Part shown: piece after piece, positions 9,345-18,795 of the stretch
Numbering within the stretch: position 1 is the first letter of the stretch
How the letters are laid out: each line of letters starts with the position of its first letter
Assembly: GCA_038231275.1 (NCBI GenBank)
Contig: JBBRLQ010000018.1
Span: 32,001-96,000, forward strand
Direction: 5' to 3'
Source of the DNA: Polyangiales bacterium
GTDB taxonomy: Bacteria; Myxococcota_A; Polyangia; Polyangiales; Polyangiaceae
Length of the DNA stretch: 64,000 nucleotides
Made by a program: the position numbers and the translations under genes
The notes under the pieces: generated by a model
What the model saw: only the letters and a program-made list of their open reading frames with translations
Told to the model about the DNA's origin: nothing
The model's database searches: none

Positions 9345-9965
9345 TCAACGACCAGCCGCGCTCGCGTCGCCTGCGTCCATTTGCGGGGATTGTGCACGCA
9401 ATGCACGAAGGCGCTCGCACGCGAGGCCCGCGCCTTTCTGGCAGGCGCCGTCGTACAGCGTCGCGGCCATCACGACGTCCTTCGGTACGCCCCGACCGTT
9501 CTCGAGCATGATGGCGTAGTTCGCGCACCCGACCTGGTAGCCGAGGTCGCATCCCTGCTTGTAGAAGCCGGCCGCCTTCGCGTCGTCCTTGTCGACGCCG
9601 TGATGAAACTCGAACATCTGCCCCGCCGACACGCACCCCGCCGCGCTCTTCAGGGTGCAGGCCTTCTCGTAGAACCCGAGCGCCTTCGCGTCGTCCTTCT
9701 GCGTCGCCTTGTTCCCGAACTGAAACGTCGTCCCCAGCCGCCGGCACTGCTCCGCGTCGCCCGCGTTGCACGCCTCGCCGCAGCCGCCCGCGTCCTCGCA
9801 GGTCCCGAACACGTTCGCGATCGTGATCGCTGAGGGGGCCTCTTGGGGATTTCCCTCCATGATCGAGGGAGAGCTCCTCCTCTTGTTGTCGCACCCGACG
9901 AGGAGCGCAGGAACGGACGCCAGCACGAGTAGGACGAGCAGGACGAGCAGGACGGCAGGACGCAT
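9345..9965 (-). CDS. Sel1-repeat (Cys-type) lipoprotein
   Basis: Lipobox LVGC; repeats GVDKDDAKAAGFYKQGCDLG..GC. Confidence 0.85.
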   Translation of the reverse strand: MRPAVLLVLLVLLVLASVPALLVGCDNKRRSSPSIMEGNPQEAPSAITIANVFGTCEDAGGCGEACNAGDAEQCRRLGTTFQFGNKATQKDDAKALGFYEKACTLKSAAGCVSAGQMFEFHHGVDKDDAKAAGFYKQGCDLGYQVGCANYAIMLENGRGVPKDVVMAATLYDGACQKGAGLACERLRALRAQSPQMDAGDASAAGR

Positions 9966-10020
9966 AGATGCGCGCAAGTCTAGCGGAGTCCGGCGGCTCC
10001 CGCGGCCCAACGCGCGCCGC

Positions 10021-11754
10021 TCACAGAGAGGCCACGAGCACGACCGTGCCGAGCGCGATGCCCGACATGAGCACGTGCGCCACGACGCCTGCGCGCGCGC
10101 ACGCGATCAGGAACGGGACGAGGATCGGCAGGATGTACCGAAAGTCGTTGCTGCAGGCGTACGGAGCTTCGACGCGCAACGCCGCGAGGCTGGCGAGCCA
10201 GAGGACGGCGAGCACGAGCCACGGGGCGTCGCGCCACGCGCTCGAGGCCGTCCAGCGCAGCGAGTGGCGCGGCCTCAGGATCAGGGCCATCAGGCCGAGG
10301 AGGAGAACGCCCCAGGTCCAGCACACGACGCGTTGCACGGTCTCGCCGAAATAGAACTCCCCCGAGAGCGACGAGCGCAGGAGGTAGTTCCAGAAGTTGG
10401 CGCGACCGGTGGCGTCGTCGAACGGGTCGACCCAAGGGCTCCTCACGAATGCGCGGAGGTCCAAGGGTACGAACGTGAGGGGAGTGAGCGGTACACGCAG
10501 CGCCGCCGGCAGCTTCTGGATGTTGCCGATCATCCAGTTCGCGATGTCGCCGTGCAGGTAGTAGTAGATCCGCGTCGCGAAGCTCGCGAGGAGGCCGCCG
10601 AGCATCACGAGGGCGGCCATCCTCGGGGCCGCCCACGCGCGCGCGCTCCTCCATCGCGCGCGGCGCCAAAGACGCAGCGCCACGAGCGCGCTCGCCGCGA
10701 CGACGAGCACGAGCGCGTTGCTCTTGGCGAGGAGCGCGAGCGCGACGAACGCCGCCATGCCCATGAGGTGGGCCCGTCGTCCGCTGCGCCACCAGCGATG
10801 CAGAAACCAAGTGGCCACGGCGGCGGCGGCGTAGAGCGTCGAATCGTTGCCGACGGACACGGCGTTCATGATCCCGGCGGGCCAGAACGCGAGCGCCACC
10901 GTGGCCACGGCCAGGCTCCGCGGCGACCGGTGCAACGTCAGGCGCAACGCACCCGCCGATGCCGCGAGGAAGACCAGCCACAGCGAGAGAGAGAGGAGCT
11001 GCAGGCCCTCGAGGGCGGGGCGACCGAGCCACTGCGTCGCGCGCCACGTGGAGGCGCCGAGGACGTAGTAGAGCGGCGGGTGGTAGAACGTCCAACCGGC
11101 GTCGGGGCGTGGCAAGGCCAGGTGCTCGGCGAGGAAGGTCACGTACGCGACGTGGCGGCCGTCACCCGGAACGTCGTGCGCCCGAACGTTCCACGCGGTC
11201 GCCACCAAGTATCCGCAGAGCGGAGCCAGCGCGGCGACGAGGATCACGATCTGCGCGCGCCTCAGGCGGAACCACGCCGACAAGAGCAGGACCCACGGGA
11301 CGAAGCCCGCGGCGATCACCATCCAGCGCCAACCGAGCAGCGGCCGTATGACGACGCCGCCCGGACCGCCCCCGTTGTCGAGAATGAGCTCCAGCCGGTG
11401 GTCGCCGTCGGGGAGCCACTCCGAGAGATCGAGCGTGAAGCCGACCACGAAGTCGCCCAAGGCTGCTGCGCGCACGCGCCCCAACGGCACGTCGCGTCCG
11501 TCGATGCGCACGGCGCGAAGGCCATCGTCGGGGTAGAATGTCCACCGGCGCGGCGTGAGCCAAGAGGTGTGGACGTCGAGCGCGAGCCGATGTCCAGTGC
11601 CGGCCTCCTCGAAGGTCCACGGCATGGCGACGGGGCCCTCGCGCCCGCTCGCGAGGTGCTGCACGCCGACCATGCGCGGCTCCACGAGGCAGATCGCCAG
11701 AGCGATGGCGCACGCGCAGGCCACCGCCAGCGAGAACGCGCGCAGCAGTCGCAC
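10021..11754 (-). CDS. GT-C (ArnT/GT39-like) membrane glycosyltransferase
   Basis: AHD..H..YV, FYHPPLYY, VGND, LAK.N, DFRYILP; many TM helices. Confidence 0.75.
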   Translation of the reverse strand: MRLLRAFSLAVACACAIALAICLVEPRMVGVQHLASGREGPVAMPWTFEEAGTGHRLALDVHTSWLTPRRWTFYPDDGLRAVRIDGRDVPLGRVRAAALGDFVVGFTLDLSEWLPDGDHRLELILDNGGGPGGVVIRPLLGWRWMVIAAGFVPWVLLLSAWFRLRRAQIVILVAALAPLCGYLVATAWNVRAHDVPGDGRHVAYVTFLAEHLALPRPDAGWTFYHPPLYYVLGASTWRATQWLGRPALEGLQLLSLSLWLVFLAASAGALRLTLHRSPRSLAVATVALAFWPAGIMNAVSVGNDSTLYAAAAVATWFLHRWWRSGRRAHLMGMAAFVALALLAKSNALVLVVAASALVALRLWRRARWRSARAWAAPRMAALVMLGGLLASFATRIYYYLHGDIANWMIGNIQKLPAALRVPLTPLTFVPLDLRAFVRSPWVDPFDDATGRANFWNYLLRSSLSGEFYFGETVQRVVCWTWGVLLLGLMALILRPRHSLRWTASSAWRDAPWLVLAVLWLASLAALRVEAPYACSNDFRYILPILVPFLIACARAGVVAHVLMSGIALGTVVLVASL

Positions 11755-11761
11755 GACTACC

Positions 11762-12994
11762 CTAGAACGACCGCAGATCCGTCAAGAGCCGCTTCGAGAT
11801 CACGATGCGCTGGATCTGCCCGGTGCCCTCGAAGATGTCGTAGACCTTGATGTCGCGGAACCACTTCTCGAGGAGCTGGTGGTCCTCGGAGATCGTCCCC
11901 TCGGCGCCGCAGATCTCGATCGCCTCGATGCACGCGCGGATCGCCGCCTGCCCGGCCATCGCCTTGCAGATGCTCGCCTCCTTGGCGTTCTCGAGACCTT
12001 CGTCGGCCATCCACGCCGCGCGCCACGTCACCGCGCGCGCCGCCTCGAGCCCACGCCCGATGCGCGAGAGTCGCTCGGCGATCTGCGCGTACCTCGGCGT
12101 GTGCCGGGAGAGCGCGTAGTTCTCCTTCACGAAGTCGCGCGCGTACTCGTACGCCGCGCGCCCGATCCCAATCGCCATCGAGGCCACGAGCGGTCGCGTG
12201 CTGTCGAAGGTCTTCATGGCGGTCATGAAGCCCTCCTTGGTCACGTAGCGATTTTCGCCGCCGAGCAGGTTCTCCTCCGGCACGCGGCAGTCCTCGAAGA
12301 CGAGCTCCGCCGTCTCGCTCGCGCGGAGACCCATCTTCTCTTCGAGGCGACCGACGCTGAACCCCGGCGTCCCCTTCTCGACGACGAACGCGCGATGCCC
12401 CGCGCGGCCCAGCGTCGGATCGATCGTCGCGAACACCACGTTCCACGACGCCTTCGCGCCGTTCGTGATGTAGCACTTGCGCCCGTTCAGGACCCAGTGC
12501 TTGCCGTCCTTGCGGCAGCTCGTACGAATGCCGGCGACGTCGCTCCCCGCGCCCGGCTCGGTCAGCGCGTAGGCGCCCCAGCGAAGGCCGTTCGAGTAGT
12601 CCTTGAAGATGCCGAAGAAGCGCTCCTTCTGCTCCGTCGTGCCGGACGCGCGCACGGGCGGACCGCCGAGCCCCGGGCCCGGCAAGCAGAGCGGCAGCGC
12701 GGCGTCACCCCACGCCATCTCTTCGCTGGCGATCGACGTGTTCACGTTCGCGGTGTTCTTTTTGGACGGATCCTTGGCCGCCATCTCCTCGCCGGCGCCG
12801 CGCACGCCCTGCGTCATGGTGAGGCCGCTGCCCAGGTTCGACGCGAGCATCGTGAGCTTGAGGAGGAAGTCCTCCGGGATGCCGCCGTTGCGATCCCACG
12901 CGAGGCTCTGCGGACGGATGATGTTCTTTGCCAGCCCGCGGATGGCCTCGCGCGTCTCGTGCTGCCGCGGCGTCAGCTGAAATTCGATGGTCAT
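11762..12994 (-). CDS. Acyl-CoA dehydrogenase (catalytic, FadE23-like)
   Basis: ALTEPGAGSD, LNGRKCYITNG, KMGLRAS, RDIKVYDIFEGTGQIQ. Confidence 0.93.
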   Translation of the reverse strand: MTIEFQLTPRQHETREAIRGLAKNIIRPQSLAWDRNGGIPEDFLLKLTMLASNLGSGLTMTQGVRGAGEEMAAKDPSKKNTANVNTSIASEEMAWGDAALPLCLPGPGLGGPPVRASGTTEQKERFFGIFKDYSNGLRWGAYALTEPGAGSDVAGIRTSCRKDGKHWVLNGRKCYITNGAKASWNVVFATIDPTLGRAGHRAFVVEKGTPGFSVGRLEEKMGLRASETAELVFEDCRVPEENLLGGENRYVTKEGFMTAMKTFDSTRPLVASMAIGIGRAAYEYARDFVKENYALSRHTPRYAQIAERLSRIGRGLEAARAVTWRAAWMADEGLENAKEASICKAMAGQAAIRACIEAIEICGAEGTISEDHQLLEKWFRDIKVYDIFEGTGQIQRIVISKRLLTDLRSF

Positions 12995-13003
12995 GGCGGG
13001 CTC

Positions 13004-14218
13004 CTAGACGAACGTGCTCTGCGACGTGGGGGAGGGAAGCACGAGCGCCGGATCGATCGGGCGCCCGAGCTCGATCGCGGCGGCGAGCTGATCGGCCTGC
13101 TCGGCCGTGAGCGCGCAAACCTGGAGCTGCTTCGCGTCACGCATGAACTTTTCGACAGGGTAGTCGCGGACGAAGCCCGAGCCGCCGTGGAGCTGCACGC
13201 CGTCGTCGCCGCAGCGCATCGCGGCCTCGTGCGCGAAGCTGACGGCCCAGCCCGTGCGCTTGAGCGCGTCCTTCTCGTCCGTCCCGCCGTCCCAAGCGGC
13301 CGCCGCGCGCCACACCAGCGCGCGCGCGGCCTCCACGTCCATCGCGCGATCGGCGAGCGTGAAGGCCACGGCCTGAAAGTGCCCGATGGGCTTTCCGAAC
13401 GCGCGTCGCGAGTCGCAGTAGTCGCGCGTCGTCTCGAACGCCGCGCGCGAGAGCCCGACCCCGCGCGCCGCGACCAGCAGCGCTTGCTTCGCGAAGAAGC
13501 GGATCGTCGCCGCGAGGAAATCCTTCGCGCCGGTGAGCCGATCCGCCTCGCTCACCTTCACGCCGTCGAGCGTGAGGCCGCCGAAGCTCGCCACGTCGAG
13601 GCCGAGCGTCGTCTTGCGCTCCTTTACCGTCAGGCCCGGCGCACCCTTCTTGACGACGAACGCGCCGAGGCCGCTCCACCCCTTGCTCGCGTCGACCTGC
13701 GCGAAGACGACGAACGTGTCCGCGCGATCGGCGGCGACGACGTACGACTTTTCGCCGTCGAGCTTCCATCCCGCGGCGTCCTGCGTGGCGGTGGTCGCGA
13801 GGCCATCGCGGCCCTCCGGCGAACGGCGCTCGCCCCACGCGACCGCGCCGAAGCGCGCGTGCCCGTCGTCGCCCGCGAACGGCTCCAGCAACGCCTTCGC
13901 CTGCTCGGGCGTCCCTAGCTCCGTCAACGCAAGCCCCATCGCGCCCGGACCGCCGAAGCCGAACGCCGCCGCCGGATCACCCCACGCGATCTCTTCTTCC
14001 AAGAGCACCGCCGTCGTGAGGCCGAGCCCTGCGCCGCCCACCGCCTCCGGCAGCGCGACGAGGCCGAGCCCGAGCTCGTGCGCTTGCCTCCGCACCTCCT
14101 CGGGCACGCCGCGCGCCTTCTCGAGCTCGCGCATCGCCGGACGCAGGCGCGCCTTGGCGAACTGCGCCGCGGATTGCTGCATGAGCTTTTGGTCTTCGGT
14201 CGGATCGAAGCTGATCAT
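13004..14218 (-). CDS. Acyl-CoA dehydrogenase-like partner subunit (FadE24-like)
   Basis: ACAD fold motifs (LDGEKSYV, R.AFGKPIGHFQ, GGSGFVRDYPVEKFMRD) but no EGT motif. Confidence 0.88.
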   Translation of the reverse strand: MISFDPTEDQKLMQQSAAQFAKARLRPAMRELEKARGVPEEVRRQAHELGLGLVALPEAVGGAGLGLTTAVLLEEEIAWGDPAAAFGFGGPGAMGLALTELGTPEQAKALLEPFAGDDGHARFGAVAWGERRSPEGRDGLATTATQDAAGWKLDGEKSYVVAADRADTFVVFAQVDASKGWSGLGAFVVKKGAPGLTVKERKTTLGLDVASFGGLTLDGVKVSEADRLTGAKDFLAATIRFFAKQALLVAARGVGLSRAAFETTRDYCDSRRAFGKPIGHFQAVAFTLADRAMDVEAARALVWRAAAAWDGGTDEKDALKRTGWAVSFAHEAAMRCGDDGVQLHGGSGFVRDYPVEKFMRDAKQLQVCALTAEQADQLAAAIELGRPIDPALVLPSPTSQSTFV

Positions 14219-14249
14219 CTCGGTGTTTCCTCGCGGAGGGCTCGAAGCG

Positions 14250-14275
14250 GAATTGTTTTACGTGCGAAACAATTC
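14250..14275. promoter_or_regulatory. Inverted-repeat operator candidate upstream of ACAD operon
   Basis: GAATTGTTT-N8-AAACAATTC, perfect 9-bp AT-rich arms. Confidence 0.65.
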
Positions 14276-14306
14276 ACGCGCAACCTCGGAAACGCCGAAA
14301 AAGACG

Positions 14307-15398
14307 CTATTTCGTGGGCACATCGAGGAGATCGTCCTTCTTGAAGGAGTACTTTTCCACCTTGGAGGCCTGTCCCCCGCGCGTCACGGCGACGTTCGCG
14401 AACACCGGATTGACGCCCCATCCGCCCTCGAGCGTGGGCGCGTCTTGGAGGTGGACGTGGAGGTGCGGCTCCGTCGTGGTGCCCGAGTTGCCGACGGCGC
14501 CGAGGACCGCCCCTTGCTTCACCTTGGCGCCGGGCTTCACGCGCATCTTGCCGGGCTGGAGGTGCGCATAGACCGCGTAGACCGATCCCGCGTGCTCGAC
14601 GATGATCATGTTGCCGGCGGCGAAGAACGTGTCGATGACGCCGGGCGCGTTCTCGGGAATTCCGTCGACGACCACCGTGACGGTCCCGTCGGCCATCGCG
14701 AGGGCCTCCTTCCCGTAGGCGAGGTAGTCGTCGTTCTTCTTACCGTCGGTCTTGAAGTGCTTGCCGTCTGCGCCCCCGATCACGAGGTCGGCGGCGCGGC
14801 GCTGCTCTCTGTTGGTGTGCGGGTTGTGCTCCGTCGCGTCGCTCGCCCACGCGACGATCCATTTTCCGCGCACCGGCAGCACGAGCGGGATCGTCGAGTC
14901 TTTCACCGGCGGCTGGGGCGGCGGAGGCTCGGTCACCGCGAGGCCAATCACCTGACCGGCGTCGTCGAGGTGAAGCTCCAGGCGCCAGTCGCCGCGCTCG
15001 GCCTTCGCCGCGTACGTCGCGAAGCGCGGATCGCCGTCGTCGTGGGTGCGCATCGTCGACGTGATCGTGCCCTTGCTCGATCGAACCCCCTCGACGAGCT
15101 GCGCGAGCACCGGCGGAGGAAACGTCCCCTTCATCGACGATGAGAACATCGCGTAGAGGCCCGTCGCGTCGCCCGCATTGAGGCGCTTCACCACTTCGTC
15201 TTTCGTCTCCTCGAGGCTCGGCTCGCGCGTGGTCGCCACCGGCGGACCCGCGTCGGCACCCACGCAGCGCGGCGCTGCCGCGACGATCGGCGTCGGCGAC
15301 GTCGCTCCGCCGCACCCCGCGATCACGAGCACGACGAAGGGAACGAGAGCGAGAGAAGAGGAACGAGAAGGAGGAGAGGAAGGAGAGAGGCGACGCAT
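14307..15398 (-). CDS. M23 family metallopeptidase lipoprotein with DUF3887-like domain
   Basis: Lipobox IAGC; H....D, YAHL, GNSG...PHLH. Confidence 0.85.
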   Translation of the reverse strand: MRRLSPSSPPSRSSSLALVPFVVLVIAGCGGATSPTPIVAAAPRCVGADAGPPVATTREPSLEETKDEVVKRLNAGDATGLYAMFSSSMKGTFPPPVLAQLVEGVRSSKGTITSTMRTHDDGDPRFATYAAKAERGDWRLELHLDDAGQVIGLAVTEPPPPQPPVKDSTIPLVLPVRGKWIVAWASDATEHNPHTNREQRRAADLVIGGADGKHFKTDGKKNDDYLAYGKEALAMADGTVTVVVDGIPENAPGVIDTFFAAGNMIIVEHAGSVYAVYAHLQPGKMRVKPGAKVKQGAVLGAVGNSGTTTEPHLHVHLQDAPTLEGGWGVNPVFANVAVTRGGQASKVEKYSFKKDDLLDVPTK

Positions 15399-15414
15399 TC
15401 GCGCGAGCGTACAC

Positions 15415-17007
15415 CTACGGCCAAACGAGCGGGCCGCTCGCGGAGGCGTTGCCAGCAAACGTCGGCCACCCGCCCGCGTAGACGATCGGCTCCAAGAGGT
15501 CCCACCGCCCGGCTCCTGCGTTGCGCACGCCGGCGCCGTTGGTGGGCCACGCGTGATGGAAGAAGAAATCCGCGCCGTGCGCGACGACGACCGATCCGTG
15601 GCCGGGGCCGACCCAGTCCGCGTCGTTGTTCAAGATGGGCGCGCCCTTCTTCGCGAAGGGGCCGAGCGGCGATGTGCCCTTCGCGACGCCGGTGCGGTAC
15701 CGCTCGTCGTAGACGTTGCCGCTGTAGAAGAGGAAGTACGTCGCGCCGCGCCGGATGACCCACGGCCCCTCGACGACGCCGCCTTCCCACGTCGCCGGAT
15801 CGTTTCGCAGCACCTCGCGCGGCGACGAGCCCGGCGCGAAATTCATTCCGTCGGCCGTCAGCTCCTGCGCGAGGATCGGCGTCGGCTGGCCCACCGCATT
15901 TCCGTCGAGCTTCCAGTAGAGGTACTGCCGCCCGTCGTCGTCCGCGAAGAAATGCGCGTCGATCGCCCCGAGGTTCGCGTCGCGCACGATCGGCGTCGCC
16001 CTCTGCGTCCACGGACCCGTCGGGCTCGGCGCGGAGGCGGCGCCGATCGCGAGGCGGCCCGTCGTGTCCGACGCCGTGTAGTAGCCGACGTACTGCGTCT
16101 TCGCCTTGTGCAGCTCCGGCGCCCAGTTCCGCCCGCCGTCTCCGGCCCACGGCGCGAGCCCACCCGGGAGGAGCGCGACGCCCGTGCCCTTCCACGTCAC
16201 GAGATCGTTCGACACACGAAGCGGAAAGCTCCCGCCCGTGCACGCCATGTAATAGGTCGCCGGCTCCCCATCGACGCGCATCACGCCCGGATCCGGGCAG
16301 TCCGACGCGATCACCGCGTTCGTGTAGTTGGGCCGCGGCCCCACGCTCGGCGGCGCGGGGACCTTGGGCTTCAGCGCCTCGGTCGGCACGATCTCCTTCG
16401 CCTGGCTCTTGCTGCTCCATGCGAGGGCAATACGTGCACCTTGCATGTATTGAAAATACTCGACGCGCAGATCGTGAGGGTGGCCCGCGGTCAGCGCCAC
16501 GGTCTTCGCGTCGTCCACCGCCGCGTGCACGTCCCAATGATCGACGAGCGGCTTCCCGTCGACCCACACGCGCACCCCGTCGTCGCTCGTCACGGTCAGG
16601 GTGTACGTCTCGCTGAACGTCGGCGTCATCGTGCCGGTCCACCTCACGGAGTAGGCCTCCGTGCGGAGGCCGGGCCCCGGCGCCGCCGTCCACGTGAAAT
16701 CGATCTGCGCGTCGGTGCGGGTCACCTTGCTCGTGGTGAAGTCGTCGAAGTACTCCGCCGCGAGGCCATGCGTGGGCGGGGGAGGAGGAAGAGGAGGAGT
16801 GACCGCTCCGTCCGCCCCAGGCCCGCCGCCGTCCGCGCCCGCCCCATCGTCTTGCCCGCCGTCGTCTCCCGTCGGCGCGGCCCCCGGACCGCCCAACGGA
16901 TTCGCGTCTGAGCCATCCCCTCCGCTGCATGCGACGACCGCACACGCGGCACACGCGAGCACCGCCACAACGCCGCGGGATCTCACGCGATCCATCCTTC
17001 GCCTCAT
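15415..17007 (-). CDS. PA14 + GH43 glycoside hydrolase lipoprotein
   Basis: Lipobox VVAC; PA14 (YSVRWTG, SDDGVRVWVDG); GH43 (PDPGV, WAPE, IDAHFF, EGPW, GPGHGS); start could be 16995. Confidence 0.88.
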   Translation of the reverse strand: MRRRMDRVRSRGVVAVLACAACAVVACSGGDGSDANPLGGPGAAPTGDDGGQDDGAGADGGGPGADGAVTPPLPPPPPTHGLAAEYFDDFTTSKVTRTDAQIDFTWTAAPGPGLRTEAYSVRWTGTMTPTFSETYTLTVTSDDGVRVWVDGKPLVDHWDVHAAVDDAKTVALTAGHPHDLRVEYFQYMQGARIALAWSSKSQAKEIVPTEALKPKVPAPPSVGPRPNYTNAVIASDCPDPGVMRVDGEPATYYMACTGGSFPLRVSNDLVTWKGTGVALLPGGLAPWAGDGGRNWAPELHKAKTQYVGYYTASDTTGRLAIGAASAPSPTGPWTQRATPIVRDANLGAIDAHFFADDDGRQYLYWKLDGNAVGQPTPILAQELTADGMNFAPGSSPREVLRNDPATWEGGVVEGPWVIRRGATYFLFYSGNVYDERYRTGVAKGTSPLGPFAKKGAPILNNDADWVGPGHGSVVVAHGADFFFHHAWPTNGAGVRNAGAGRWDLLEPIVYAGGWPTFAGNASASGPLVWP

Positions 17008-17127
17008 GCCATCTTCAACTGCACGTGGCGCGCCACGCCGAACCCTGCGAAAACCCCTGCGGCGAGCGTGCCGCTCCGCCGAGAACCTCGCGAAGATCGC
17101 GAGCCTCCGCGGGATCCCCAAACGCGC

Positions 17128-17156
17128 TTGACACGTCCAATCCTGCCGCGTAAGTT
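17128..17156 (+). promoter_or_regulatory. sigma70 promoter of rplM-rpsI
   Basis: TTGACA-N17-TAAGTT. Confidence 0.8.
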
Positions 17157-17251
17157 CCGCGCCCCCGAACGTTCCGGGGGATTTTTCCGGCCGCTTCTCG
17201 CCGCCTTCGGTGAAAAGCGCCCGATCCGTGATGAAAGGCTTGTCTCCGGTC

Positions 17252-17698
17252 ATGTCTCAAAAGACCTTTGCCGCCAACGACGTCAGCGCCCAAGCCAGCC
17301 GCGTCTGGTTCGTCGTCGATGCCGCCAACAAGCCCCTCGGCCGCCTCGCGAGCGAAATCGCAACGGTTTTGCGCGGCAAGCACAAGCCGACCTTCACGCC
17401 CCACGTCGACACGGGCGACTTCGTCATCGTCGTGAACGCGGACAAGGTTCGCCTCACCGGCAACAAGCTCGACAACAAGTTCTACTACCGCCACTCCGGC
17501 ATCCCGGGCGGGTTCAAGCAGGAGAGCTACCGCCACCTCCTCGCCCGCAACCCCGAGTTCCCGATCGAGAAGGCCGTGAAGGGCATGCTCCCCAAGAACG
17601 TCCTCGGCCGCGAGATGCTCACCAAGCTGAAGATCTACGCGACGGCCGACCACCCCCACGCGGCGCAAAAGCCCCAGCCCCTGAACGTGAAGCTCTAA
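17252..17698 (+). CDS. rplM: 50S ribosomal protein L13
   Basis: [37 protein letters not shown]. Confidence 0.98.
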   Translation: MSQKTFAANDVSAQASRVWFVVDAANKPLGRLASEIATVLRGKHKPTFTPHVDTGDFVIVVNADKVRLTGNKLDNKFYYRHSGIPGGFKQESYRHLLARNPEFPIEKAVKGMLPKNVLGREMLTKLKIYATADHPHAAQKPQPLNVKL

Positions 17699-17701
17699 GC
17701 C

Positions 17702-18097
17702 ATGGCAACCGATCCCCGCACCTACGCGACCGGCAAACGCAAGACCGCCATCGCCCGCATCTGGGTCAAGCCCGGCACCGGCGTCATCACCGTCAACACG
17801 GTCCCCGCCGATCAATACTTCGAGCGCCCGACCTCGCGGATGATCATGCGCCAGTCCCTCGAGCTCATCGAGGCGATCGACCAGTACGACGTCACGGCCA
17901 CGGTCATGGGCGGCGGTCACTCGGCGCAGGCCGAAGCGATGCGCCACGGCATCTCCCGCGCCCTCATCGCCATCGACCCCGAGCGCCGCAGCGTCCTCAA
18001 GCGCGCCGGCTTCTTGACGCGCGACGCGCGCAAGAAAGAGCGCAAGAAGTACGGTCAGCCCGGCGCCCGAAAGCGCTTCCAGTACTCGAAGCGCTAA
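17702..18097 (+). CDS. rpsI: 30S ribosomal protein S9
   Basis: [36 protein letters not shown]. Confidence 0.98.
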   Translation: MATDPRTYATGKRKTAIARIWVKPGTGVITVNTVPADQYFERPTSRMIMRQSLELIEAIDQYDVTATVMGGGHSAQAEAMRHGISRALIAIDPERRSVLKRAGFLTRDARKKERKKYGQPGARKRFQYSKR

Positions 18098-18100
18098 AGC

Positions 18101-18763
18101 TCAGAAGCGCTCGGCCACTGCCACGACTCCGAGGCCGCCGAGGACGGCGTGCGCGGAGATTGGGCGGAGGCCTGCGTCTGCGAGCAGCGCGGAGAGCGTT
18201 TGCTCGGTGAATCGCACGTTCATTCGCGCGGCGATGCGCCAGAGGGCGATCGATGTGAGAAACCTCGGGTCGGTTCCGACCGAGAAGAGCTCGCGCAGCG
18301 AGACGCGTCCGCGTCGTGGCTCCATGAAGATTGCGCGGCCGCCGGGTCGAAGCAGGCGCACCACTTCGCGGAGGACCGCCACGCGGTGCGGGACCAAGTA
18401 GAGGAAGCTGTGGCCCGTCACGACGTCGAACGATCCGTCGGGGAACGGCAGCCTCGCTGCGTCCTCCACCCGGAGATCGATGCGCCCCCGAACGTCCTCG
18501 GTGCACGCCGCCACGTTGCGCTTTCCGTTCGCGATCATCGCCGGCGAGATGTCGATCCCGACGATCTCCGCGTCGGGACACGCCTTCGCTTCGGCGATCG
18601 CGGTCGCGCCTGGGCCGCACCCCATGTCGCAAATCCGCCGCGTCCGGTCCGGGAAGTGCGCCACGAGGTCCGCGTTGGCGCGGTCCCAAACCTCTTGCGA
18701 CGTCAAATAGCCGTAAATTCCGGCCCCGACGTCGAACACCTTGACGCGCCAATCGATCGCCAC
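18101..18763 (-). CDS. Class I SAM-dependent methyltransferase
   Basis: DMGCGPG, GIDISPAM, DAARLPFPDGSFD, LRPGG. Confidence 0.9.
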   Translation of the reverse strand: MAIDWRVKVFDVGAGIYGYLTSQEVWDRANADLVAHFPDRTRRICDMGCGPGATAIAEAKACPDAEIVGIDISPAMIANGKRNVAACTEDVRGRIDLRVEDAARLPFPDGSFDVVTGHSFLYLVPHRVAVLREVVRLLRPGGRAIFMEPRRGRVSLRELFSVGTDPRFLTSIALWRIAARMNVRFTEQTLSALLADAGLRPISAHAVLGGLGVVAVAERF

Positions 18764-18795
18764 GACCGCCCACCTACCATGCTAAAACCCTCTTC

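Noticed and set aside
15345..15390. Purine-rich GA tract
   Set aside because: Encodes the Ser/Pro-rich N-terminus of the M23 lipoprotein on the minus strand; no further structure visible
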